Notes under the pieces: model-generated
What the model saw: only the letters and a program-made list of their open reading frames with translations
What the model was told of the DNA's origin: nothing
Database searches by the model: none
Made by a program: the position numbers and the translations under genes
Shown: piece by piece, positions 53,493-62,719 of the stretch
Numbering within the stretch: the first letter of the stretch is position 1
How the letters are laid out: every line of letters begins with the position of its first letter
Source of the DNA: an uncultured cyanobacterium
GTDB taxonomy: Bacteria > Cyanobacteriota > Cyanobacteriia > Cyanobacteriales > Nostocaceae
Assembly (NCBI GenBank): GCA_963706595.1
Contig: OY970166.1
Location: 128,001-192,000, forward strand
Direction: 5' to 3'
DNA length: 64,000 nt

Positions 53493-54379
53493 TTAACCAT
53501 CAAATTCCCGAATATGTTGGGCGGTGACTTCTGGCTGTTCCAAATGTGGAACATGGCCAGCTTCTTGAATCCAGATAAGTTTACTATGGGGAATTGCCTG
53601 TTGAAACTTTTTAGCATCAACTGTCCCCAAAATTTTATCTGTATCTCCCCATAAAATCAGTGTTGGTTGGACAATTTCTGCAAGCTGCTTCGCTTTAAAA
53701 GCACTGTAACCACCGCTTTTAGTGAAGGCTATTAAAGCTTGCGTCCAATGGGGCATTTCTAAGTGTAATGCACCACATAATTGAGCATCAATTGACGCGA
53801 GAAGTGGGTTTTTGTACGCAGTCCGGGAAATGCGATCGCGTATCTTCGGATTCCGCAAAAAGTTAGCTGCAAAAGCATCCAAGGGGGAAACATCAATTTA
53901 CTTAACGGTGAACCCCCTTTTAAACCAGCGCTATCGATTAACACCAGTTTTTTGACTACTTCTGGATAAGTCAAGGTGAAATCAATAGCCGCAGCACCCC
54001 CCATCGACGCACCCACTAAAATCACTGGTTGCTTAATTAAAGTTTTCCAGAAATGATACAAATGGGTTTTGATGGCTATCGGGCTAAATGGTACACCGGG
54101 AATTCTGTCTGTAAACCCAAAGCCTAATAAATCCACAGCCCAAGTTTCATTATCCCTTGCTAGCAGTGGCAACAGCCGACGAAATTCTAACACGGAACTG
54201 TCGAAGCCGTGAATTAATAAAATCGGTGTACCACCACTACCCTGTTGAACATAAGTAGTAGTAATTGGTTGACTAATTAAAGGAGTTGCGATCGCTTGAC
54301 TTTGTATACTTTTAGCCAAGGCGATGGAAGTAGATTCTGTCAGTTGCCCAACTGAGGTCGGTAAAAAACTAGAAAACAT
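53493..54379 (-). CDS. Alpha/beta hydrolase with a 1-nt frameshift at the G5 run 53883-53887
   Basis: IHGFDSS and GASMGG in one frame, ILWGDTD and AGHVPHLE in another. One extra C gives 295 aa. Confidence 0.85.
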
Positions 54380-54443
54380 ATATTTTAGTTTACCGTTTAA
54401 GAGTACTCCAGTTACTGCCCAATTGTGGATATCTAATGTATTT

Positions 54444-55157
54444 ATGGCACTGACTCGATTCTTAAATTCTGCTCTATGGCTAAAGTGGACTGTAGTCACT
54501 TTGCTAGGCTTTGTCGTAGGTAGCATTACAGGCTTAATCGGGGGATTTTTGGCATATATAGCTTTCCCCTATCCATTGGCTTGGGTGATTAAAGGATGTC
54601 TGGAACAACAGCCGATCGGATGTGTAGTTATTAGCATCGCATTAGGAGCATCTATAGGATTGGGGCTGGCGGTTGGTATAGCCCAATGGTTTATCCTCCG
54701 CAGCATTGTACCGCGTTCCCGATGGTGGATTCTCGCATCGATTTTAGGATGGTGCGGTATCCTCTTCACCCTGACTTTCATGCTGTACACAGCAATACCT
54801 GCACCTGGTTCTCCTGAATTTGGGGTAAATATCATAGCACAATTGCCCTTAGCTGGGAGAGCGATCGCCTCCGGCGCGGGTTTGGCGATCGCACCAGTGA
54901 TTTTAGCGGGTGCGCTGATGGGATTATTTCAGTGGTTGATTCTGCGATCGTCTGTGCGGCAATCATGGTGGTGGATTCCGGCTCATGCCCTAATTATGCT
55001 ACTGGCAGCATTGGGGGTATTGATTCTAGGGTATAACATCGGTGGTTTACCTGGCATGAGCATATTTATACTAACTTTTTCGCCAATTTATGCCGTATTG
55101 AGTGGTAGCCTCTTAAACTGGCTCGTGCAGCGTAGCAGAAATTCTGTCACCACCTAA
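54444..55157 (+). CDS. Hypothetical polytopic membrane protein
   Basis: Two internal G..QW.ILR....S.WWI repeats with multiple TM helices. Confidence 0.75.
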   Translation: MALTRFLNSALWLKWTVVTLLGFVVGSITGLIGGFLAYIAFPYPLAWVIKGCLEQQPIGCVVISIALGASIGLGLAVGIAQWFILRSIVPRSRWWILASILGWCGILFTLTFMLYTAIPAPGSPEFGVNIIAQLPLAGRAIASGAGLAIAPVILAGALMGLFQWLILRSSVRQSWWWIPAHALIMLLAALGVLILGYNIGGLPGMSIFILTFSPIYAVLSGSLLNWLVQRSRNSVTT

Positions 55158-55261
55158 CCTGTAACTGCTTTCACAACAGAAAAATATCTCAAATGTCAAA
55201 ATTGGTACGAAAGCCTCGTACAATTGATATCACTTCATTTTTAAACTCAGGAGCTAATGCC

Positions 55262-55570
55262 ATGCCAATGGCGGTTGGCGTAATTGAAACCTTGGGCTTT
55301 CCTGCTGTACTAGCAGCAGCCGATGCAATGGTTAAATCTGCCGCAGTCACAATTGTGTATTATGGTCAAGCTGAAAGCGCTCGAATGTTAGTCGCTGTTC
55401 GGGGACGCGTTTCGGAAGTTAACAGGGCGGTAGAAGCAGGAATATTCGCCGGAGAACAAACGTTTGGTGGTCAAGTAATTACCCACTACATTGTTCCTAA
55501 CCCTCCAGAAAACGTTGAGACCATTTTACCCATCCACTTCACAGAAGCATCTGAACCGTTCCGGATGTAA
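55262..55570 (+). CDS. ccmK3: Carboxysome shell protein CcmK3
   Basis: Divergent BMC domain (YYGQAESARM, HYIVPNPPEN) with a GGAG RBS. Confidence 0.85.
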   Translation: MPMAVGVIETLGFPAVLAAADAMVKSAAVTIVYYGQAESARMLVAVRGRVSEVNRAVEAGIFAGEQTFGGQVITHYIVPNPPENVETILPIHFTEASEPFRM

Positions 55571-55870
55571 TCGGCAAATTCGTGATCTGATCTCTTGCAC
55601 CATGGTCAAGAACTCTAGGGTGAACATTACCAAAAGCAGAAAAATCAAGGTTTGAGCGCACGGTAAACAGTAACCACCCGACAAAAATTGTGATCAAATC
55701 AGTGATGTAAGATGTCAGCGCCGAAGAAGCGCGATTACAAGCCCGCAACCCATGAAAAACACATTGAGCAAATTTTTACCCTGTCAGGGTTTTAAAATGT
55801 GTTTTGTGAAAATCATCAAACTACCCCACGTTGCTTCCGACAATACATTTATTCATACAGGAGATTACTA

Positions 55871-56221
55871 ATGTCATTACAGGCCGTTGGCGCACTTGAA
55901 ACGAAGGGTTTTCCTGCTGTACTAGCAGCAGCTGATGCGATGGTGAAAGCTGGTCGCATCACTCTCGTGGGTTATATCAGAGTGGGTAGCGCTCGTTTTA
56001 CAATCAATATTCGCGGGGATGTTTCTGAAGTCAAAACAGCTATGGCCGCTGGTATTGAAGCCGCAGAAAATGTTCATGGCGGTACACTGGAATCTTGGGT
56101 GATTATTGCCCGTCCCCACGAAAACGTGGAAGCGGTTCTGCCCATCGGCTATACAGATGCAGTCCAACAGTATCGCGATTCTGTTGAAAACCCCATTGTG
56201 CGCTCATCTAATAGGTTATAA
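55871..56221 (+). CDS. ccmK4: Carboxysome shell protein CcmK4
   Basis: [15 protein letters not shown]...[10 protein letters not shown], paired with ccmK3. Confidence 0.85.
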   Translation: MSLQAVGALETKGFPAVLAAADAMVKAGRITLVGYIRVGSARFTINIRGDVSEVKTAMAAGIEAAENVHGGTLESWVIIARPHENVEAVLPIGYTDAVQQYRDSVENPIVRSSNRL

Positions 56222-56556
56222 AGTTACCAGGGTCAGTTATTAGTCAAAAGTTAAAAGTTGAAAATTAACCTTTGACTTTTTTTGACAAAACTATGATAAA
56301 TCAATAACTTTAGCACCTCATTATCTCCCCTATTTCTCCCCTACTCTTAAATCTTGAACCAAGAACAGAAATTGATGGCAGCAGCAACCAATCTTAGGTA
56401 CATCTAGATTAGACAAAAACTACAATTTAGAAAAATTCACCTAAATTGTGCATAAAGTTAGTAAATCCAGACGTAGTAAGAATAGAACATCTGAGATATC
56501 TTGATCAAAAAGATAGACTCATGGGCAACTGCCAGAGCATAAATTAAGTACGAGAA

Positions 56557-57744
56557 ATGGGGGTTGTGATGCCAACTTTAATACAGGGTTTCGAGGAGCG
56601 CAATCTCGCTATGACCAAGGAGGCAGAAAAACTAGCTCATGATTGGGGCAAGCGTCTAGCTGCGGAGTGTCCAGAACAAAGTATAGCCAACAGAGAAAGT
56701 ATTATTCTCTGGCTTTTAGGAAGTGACTTAGAACGCTTTAATCACTTCAATCCTCAAGAACTCAACATTGCTAAACAAGCGATGGAATATCGCTGGAAGA
56801 TTTTACGTCAACGCTACTTGGGCATCGGGCGAGAACGTGCCTATCGCCAGCTGCTGACTCGTTTAGCAGGTTTAGTCACATTACGCCATAAGATTCAGAC
56901 TTGGGTTTCTTTGAGTCGCGATCGCCAGCGTACTGTCATGGATGTGTTGCAAGAAGTTTTACAAGAATTGCTGCAAAACGATAAGTATATGCAGCAGCAA
57001 ATGGCTTGTATCGCTGAATTTACCACCGATAAACGACTGCGGGATACTCTATTATTTGCCAGCATCGAAGAGTATTCTATGCGGCCAGTCCGAAATCAAC
57101 CCTTGCTCGTATATAGATTTGTCAACTACCTGCGGCGCATTCAGCGTGGTGGTTTAACCCAAGTACCAGGAACTGATGTAGTCAGGCTAGTTTCTGAAGA
57201 AATCCTCTCAGATGACAGTGACTATCGGGTGAACTTGGCTGATCATCAAGCCATCGGCGAATATCAAGAAGCACAACAACTAGAAGAACAACAGGCACTC
57301 AGGCAGCTAGTACAACAGGAATTTGCTGATTATTTACAAGAAACTCTGGGACAAGATGCAGTAGAGTGGCTGCGATTGTATCTGCAAGGCAAGTCCCAAG
57401 ATGAAATCGCTAAAAGATTCAATAAGCCCATCAAAGAAATTTACCGCCTGCGAGAAAAAATCAGCTACCATGCAGTGCGCGTCTTTGCCCTCAAGGGTAA
57501 ACCAGAACTCGTGGATAACTGGTTAGCAATTTCCCTACAAGAAAATAATTTGGGGCTAACTCAAAACCAATGGCAGCAACTATATGAAAACTTAACTCCT
57601 TTGGGGCGACAGATTCTAGATTTGCGTAAAGCAGGCCACTCCATAGAAGCAATAGCCCAGAATTTAACTCTCAAAACTCATCAGGTGATGGGCGAATGGA
57701 CAAAAGTCTATCTTGCAGCCCAATCTTTAAGAACTCAGGAATGA
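56557..57744 (+). CDS. HetZ-related sigma-like DNA-binding protein
   Basis: C-terminal LRLYLQGKSQDEIAK...NLGLTQNQWQQL...IAQNL parallels HetZ NLGLTPQQWQDY...IAKTL. Start is uncertain. Confidence 0.8.
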   Translation: MGVVMPTLIQGFEERNLAMTKEAEKLAHDWGKRLAAECPEQSIANRESIILWLLGSDLERFNHFNPQELNIAKQAMEYRWKILRQRYLGIGRERAYRQLLTRLAGLVTLRHKIQTWVSLSRDRQRTVMDVLQEVLQELLQNDKYMQQQMACIAEFTTDKRLRDTLLFASIEEYSMRPVRNQPLLVYRFVNYLRRIQRGGLTQVPGTDVVRLVSEEILSDDSDYRVNLADHQAIGEYQEAQQLEEQQALRQLVQQEFADYLQETLGQDAVEWLRLYLQGKSQDEIAKRFNKPIKEIYRLREKISYHAVRVFALKGKPELVDNWLAISLQENNLGLTQNQWQQLYENLTPLGRQILDLRKAGHSIEAIAQNLTLKTHQVMGEWTKVYLAAQSLRTQE

Positions 57745-58037
57745 CTAATCAGAGTCACTAGTGGCGATGTCTGATCACAAATCTACCGATTCATCAGTTC
57801 GTAACTGACGAAAACAGCCAGGACGGCTACTGCTTGGCTACTTTGCGTTTACGTAGAAATTTAAGTATTTAAATATACAGAAAATAAATTCATGGAATTT
57901 CGGATTGGGAATGAATCTCAAACTCAAAATTTAATGGTAATTAATTTAACTTTTAACCAGAGAATCAAGCATCTTTATGTACTTCTAACTAATTTGTAGC
58001 AAAATAAAATATAAGAATAAATTGAGTAATCAAATTT

Positions 58038-59282
58038 ATGTTGTCTTCAGACGGCAAACAAACTGATACCACAATAATTGGGCAGCAAGTATTACCCAAA
58101 ATTCCAGCCAATTGGGAGCAAAGACGCAAGGAAATCTTCCATCTAATTGATAGCCTCTTATCCTTTGAAGCTTGCCTGCACTACCAAATTGCGCCCTTGG
58201 GAATAGAAGGGAATCAGCTGCTATTAGGTATGGTTTATCCACAAGACAGTGAATCTCTAAATTACGTAAGCCCCATTGTATCTTATATTAATTGCACAAC
58301 AGTAGTTCAAGAAATCACTACCGAAACACACAGCACCATATTATCGGCTTACCTCAACTATCAAAATACACCCCGCTCAGATACCAAACAAGTAAATCAG
58401 CAAGAGGCCAACTTGTCCTCTCAAAAGAGCAAAATTACAATCATCAACGAACTAATCCAATCTGGAACTACCTCCTCTCAATCCCATCAGGAAACATTGA
58501 TGTCGTTTCCTCAGACAGAAACCCTACAATTTTCTGAGCAACAGCAAGATTTTTCCCCCCAGCCAAATCCAGATAACTTATCTCCAACTAGCACCCCCAT
58601 TCCTCCCGTCAATGAGAAGCAACAAAAAGACTCTGACAGCTTAAAATTACCCAGCAAATTAACTGTTTTACAAGTAGATTTTCCAGAAGAATTTATTCCT
58701 GTTGAGATGCTGGCTACCCTACCACCCAAAAAATTACTCAAAGAATTACTGGCAAGAGTTTTGAGTGGGGGAATTGGGCGCTTGTATTTGGAAAGACAAC
58801 CTTACCAAGGTAAAATAATTTTGAGTAATAATGGAGTCATGCAGTTTGTATTAGAAAAACTTCCCCTTTCCGTATTCCAAGGAGTGCTGAATCAATTAAA
58901 GTGCTTTGCTTCCCTACCTGTTAGCAAACTTGTAGAACCAAAACAAGTAGAAAAAGAATGCCTATATCAACAAAATCGGTTGTTATTGCGCCTGCGGCTG
59001 ATGCCAGGAACTTACGGTGAAGAGGCGACACTACAGGTATTGAAGGGAACGGCATTAAAGTTTTATCAGCAACAACAGTTAGCCCGCCTGAGTCGCGATG
59101 CTTTGGCAATCTCGCAACAACTCAGCTATAAATTACATGAACTGCACCAACGAATTCTTCTCAATCCCAGCCTAAAACCTGAGCAATTGGCAGCCGTCGT
59201 GGACTTAAATCAACTAGTAGAAAATTTAGACCAGCAGATAAAAATACTCACAGAAACCACCGAGATTCCCAAAAACAGCTAA
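58038..59282 (+). CDS. GspE/PilB N-terminal-like protein without an ATPase domain
   Basis: LSFEACLHYQIAPL...LLLGMVYPQD and LLRLRLMPGTYGEEATLQVL. No Walker A; ends in a coiled coil. Confidence 0.7.
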   Translation: MLSSDGKQTDTTIIGQQVLPKIPANWEQRRKEIFHLIDSLLSFEACLHYQIAPLGIEGNQLLLGMVYPQDSESLNYVSPIVSYINCTTVVQEITTETHSTILSAYLNYQNTPRSDTKQVNQQEANLSSQKSKITIINELIQSGTTSSQSHQETLMSFPQTETLQFSEQQQDFSPQPNPDNLSPTSTPIPPVNEKQQKDSDSLKLPSKLTVLQVDFPEEFIPVEMLATLPPKKLLKELLARVLSGGIGRLYLERQPYQGKIILSNNGVMQFVLEKLPLSVFQGVLNQLKCFASLPVSKLVEPKQVEKECLYQQNRLLLRLRLMPGTYGEEATLQVLKGTALKFYQQQQLARLSRDALAISQQLSYKLHELHQRILLNPSLKPEQLAAVVDLNQLVENLDQQIKILTETTEIPKNS

Positions 59283-59598
59283 TAATAACTAATTATATCA
59301 GTGAAAGCGCTGATTTTTTGCCCACAGACTTGTTATCTTGTAATGGAATTCGAGACTAAACCTTTTGAAACTTTTAGTGTACTTTCTACAAAAAACGCGG
59401 AAAACTCTTGATCAACAGCAACACAGTGGCGCTTAATACCTTTAGCTCTACTACATCCACCAGTAAGCTTAAGCAAGCACCGAAGTATGCGGCAACGAGG
59501 GTAAAAGCAGCGACAATAAAAAGCTAGACGATTTAGAAACCTCGTGTTCAAGCGGAGCCAGCTAGAAGTAGCTCGTACTCATTTATTTTAGATAATAT

Positions 59599-60282
59599 AT
59601 GCAGACTGAAGTTTTTAGTCAACTTTTTCCCTTACTGAGTACAGCCAACCCACAGACTTTGGAATGGCTACTCAACGTGGCAATTGAACACGAATACCCT
59701 GTGGGGCGAGCCGTGTTGATGGAAGATGCTTGGGGTAACGCAGTTTACTTCTTAGTTTCCGGGTGGGTGAAAGTCCGACGCACCTCTGGAGATGATTCTG
59801 TAGCTCTGGCAATTTTAGGTCAAGGTGATTTTTTCGGCGAAATGGCAATTTTGGATGAATCCCCACGCTCAACTGATGTGATTGCCCTTTCGCCGGTGAA
59901 GTTGTTGAGTGTCTCTAGAGAGCGTTTTATTCAAATATTATTTAAAGATCCGCAGCTACATCACCGGATGTTGCAACTAATGGTGCGGCGATTGCGACAA
60001 ATTAACCAGCGCTTACAAATTCGCTCTTATCCGCCTGCTGTCAAACTGGCTCATACCTTAGTCAATTTGGGCGAAAGCTATGGACAAGAATCAAGCCAAG
60101 GGAAGAAAATTTTGAATATTCCTTTTAAGGATTTAGCTGAGGTGACAGAAATTGGTGTCGAAGAAACTACCAAAATTATGCAAAAACTAGACGAAAAGGG
60201 TTGGATCATCATTGACAGTGCCAACAATATTATTAATCTAATCAACTTGAAAAAGTTGATTAACCTAGCGGGACAGGTCTAA
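59599..60282 (+). CDS. Crp/Fnr-family transcriptional regulator
   Basis: GDFFGEMAILDESPRSTDV cNMP-binding motif and a C-terminal HTH. Confidence 0.92.
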   Translation: MQTEVFSQLFPLLSTANPQTLEWLLNVAIEHEYPVGRAVLMEDAWGNAVYFLVSGWVKVRRTSGDDSVALAILGQGDFFGEMAILDESPRSTDVIALSPVKLLSVSRERFIQILFKDPQLHHRMLQLMVRRLRQINQRLQIRSYPPAVKLAHTLVNLGESYGQESSQGKKILNIPFKDLAEVTEIGVEETTKIMQKLDEKGWIIIDSANNIINLINLKKLINLAGQV

Positions 60283-60326
60283 ACTCAAGATTATGTGTTT
60301 GCACCAGTAATTCCCACTATCAACGT

Positions 60327-60455
60327 TAGGGACTTCCAATTAAAAAAATATCCCATTGCTGAGGTAGGCAGGGGAGCAGGGAGCAGGGAGCAGGGGGGAT
60401 AAAGAACAAAGATGGTCTGATGAAATGGGGTAATTTATTTTCTGGAAATCCGTTA
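60327..60455. repeat. MITE (tagggacttcca...tctggaaatccgtta) with GGGAGCA heptamers
   Basis: Imperfect terminal inverted repeats, with a second partial copy at 33374-33458. Confidence 0.7.
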
Positions 60456-60526
60456 GAACCCCAAAATATTTACGAAATTACCCTTTCGGCATCATGATAA
60501 ATGTATTGCTTGGGGCTTGACATTTG

Positions 60527-60808
60527 TTGACATCCTTCCCAACCTATAGACGGATGGGAAATTTCCCGATATTAGTTAAATGTGGGAAACTACTTATATT
60601 GGATAAATCTCAGGCTAGTTAAATGTGTTCAGAAGTTGACCGTACTCATATTCGCTCGAATTGCACAGCTGCGGCAAATACTCAAGACGTTATCCTTCCA
60701 GAATCTAGCGGTTCCGTAGGTTATACGCTGAAGATGCTTGCCGGGGGTAAATTCTGAGAAATGCCCATGAAGCAGTAATCCTCTGGCTTTTGAGCATGGG
60801 AGTGTCAA
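60527..60808 (+). mobile_element. Non-autonomous, decayed IS200/IS605-family relic (tnpB 3' remnant)
   Basis: Left end ttgac + hairpin ttccca...tgggaa. Right end aatcctctggcttttgagcatgggagtgTCAA. Internal DRTHIRSNC..AAANT resembles a degraded TnpB zinc-finger/RuvC-III tail. Confidence 0.65.
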
Positions 60809-60829
60809 TCAGTCTTAAGTCCACAGTTG

Positions 60830-60896
60830 TTAACTATTGACCATTAACTATTGACTATTGACCATTAACTATTGACTATTGTCTATTAACTATTGA
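60830..60896. repeat. STRR heptamer array (ACTATTG / ACCATTA variants)
   Basis: About 9 visible units before the M61 gene. Confidence 0.85.
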
Positions 60897-60923
60897 ATCA
60901 GAATTTATAACTCTTAATTACAG

Positions 60924-62708
60924 ATGACCGAAGCAACAGCACCTTGTATCGAGATTGGCATCCAGGAAACAGTACCGATGATTCATTACCTGGTGGCAAT
61001 GCCTCAACCAGAAACGCATCTGTTTGAGGTGACATTGCAGCTAATCAACCACTCATCGAAAATTCTTGACTTGAAAATGCCAGTATGGACTCCAGGCTCA
61101 TACTTAGTGCGAGAATACGCTAAAAATTTACAATATTTTGCCGCTTTTGCTGGGGATAAGCCTTTGCCTTGGCGAAAAATTAGTAAAAACCACTGGCAGG
61201 TGAATACAAGTGGTGTGTCAGAGTTAACTGTGCGTTACCGAATATTTGCTAATGAGCTATCGGTACGGACGAATCATTTGGATGCTACCCACGGCTATTT
61301 CAACGGTGCGGCACTGTTTTTTAGACTCCCTGGTTGGGAGAGTTTACCAATTCAGATTACCGTTGTACCACCGCGCCCAGACTGGCGGGTAACTACTTCT
61401 TTAGCACCAGTGGGTGAGCAAGCCTATACTTTCTTGGCTGAGGATTTTGACACTCTTGTGGATAGCCCTGTGGAAATTGGTAGCCACCAGTCATATTACT
61501 TTGAGGTTTTGGGTAAGCCCCATGAACTGGCTGTTTGGGGAGAGGGCAATTTACAAACACAGCAAGCAATTGCCGATATCCAAAAAGTTATCCAGGTAGA
61601 AGCGCAGATGTTTGGGGGCTTACCCTACGAACGATATATTTTTCTACTGCATTTATTTGCCCAGGCTTATGGCGGTTTGGAGCATAAAAACTGTTGCTCT
61701 TTAATTTACCAGCGTTTTGGGTTTCGCTCTCAGGAAAAATACGAGCGCTTTGTGCAATTAGTGGCACATGAATTTTTTCACCTGTGGAATGTGAAGCGCA
61801 TTCGCCCCAAAGGTTTAGAAGTTTTTGATTATGAGCAGGAAAACTATACTCATTCTTTGTGGTTCTGTGAGGGAACTACAAGTTATTACGATTTACTGAT
61901 TCCTCTGCGGGCTGGCATTTATGATGCTAAGTCGTATTTAAGTCATTTGAGTAAGGAAATTAGCCGATTTTTGACAACGCCAGGGCGCAAGGTGCAATCA
62001 CTGGCTGAGTCGAGTTTTGATACTTGGATTAAACTTTATCGTCCAGATGCCAATAGCAACAATTCCCAAATGTCCTACTATTTGAAGGGGGAAATGGTTT
62101 CTTTGTTGCTAGATTTGTTGATTAGAGCGCGACATGGAAATCAGCGATCGCTTGATGATGTGATGCGGCAAATGTGGCGCAAATTTGGACAACCAGAAAT
62201 TGGCTACACCCCCGAACAGTTGCAAGAAGTAATTGAATCGGTGGCGGGTGTAAATTTGGCTGATTTCTTTGAATGCTACATTAATAGCACTGACGAATTA
62301 CCTTTTAATCATTACCTGGAGCCTTTCGGCTTGCATCTGGTAGCAGAACGAGAGGAAGAACCTTATTTAGGTGTGAAGGTAAAAACTGAACATGGGCGAG
62401 AAGTAATTAAATTTGTGGAAGTCGGTTCACCTGCACAACAGGCGGGAATTGATCCAGGCGATGAGTTATTAGCCATTGAGGGTATCCGGTTAACAGCTCA
62501 TCAACTGAGCGATCGCCTCAAAGATTACCAACCAAACGACACTATTGCCGTCACAGTTTTTCACCAAGATGAATTACGCACCTATTCTGTTACCCTTGGT
62601 ACACCACATCCGACTAAGTTTCAGATTGTCGCAGTCCATAATCCCGATCCCTCGCAAAAGGAGAATTGTGCAGGGTGGTTAGGCGCACCGATAGTGACTC
62701 TTCGTTGA
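60924..62708 (+). CDS. M61 family glycyl aminopeptidase with a PDZ domain
   Basis: MPVWTPGSYLVREYA, GGLEH, HEFFHLWNVKRIRP, WFCEGTTSYY and a C-terminal GSPAQQAG PDZ. Confidence 0.93.
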   Translation: MTEATAPCIEIGIQETVPMIHYLVAMPQPETHLFEVTLQLINHSSKILDLKMPVWTPGSYLVREYAKNLQYFAAFAGDKPLPWRKISKNHWQVNTSGVSELTVRYRIFANELSVRTNHLDATHGYFNGAALFFRLPGWESLPIQITVVPPRPDWRVTTSLAPVGEQAYTFLAEDFDTLVDSPVEIGSHQSYYFEVLGKPHELAVWGEGNLQTQQAIADIQKVIQVEAQMFGGLPYERYIFLLHLFAQAYGGLEHKNCCSLIYQRFGFRSQEKYERFVQLVAHEFFHLWNVKRIRPKGLEVFDYEQENYTHSLWFCEGTTSYYDLLIPLRAGIYDAKSYLSHLSKEISRFLTTPGRKVQSLAESSFDTWIKLYRPDANSNNSQMSYYLKGEMVSLLLDLLIRARHGNQRSLDDVMRQMWRKFGQPEIGYTPEQLQEVIESVAGVNLADFFECYINSTDELPFNHYLEPFGLHLVAEREEEPYLGVKVKTEHGREVIKFVEVGSPAQQAGIDPGDELLAIEGIRLTAHQLSDRLKDYQPNDTIAVTVFHQDELRTYSVTLGTPHPTKFQIVAVHNPDPSQKENCAGWLGAPIVTLR

Positions 62709-62719
62709 TAGTGAACTAC

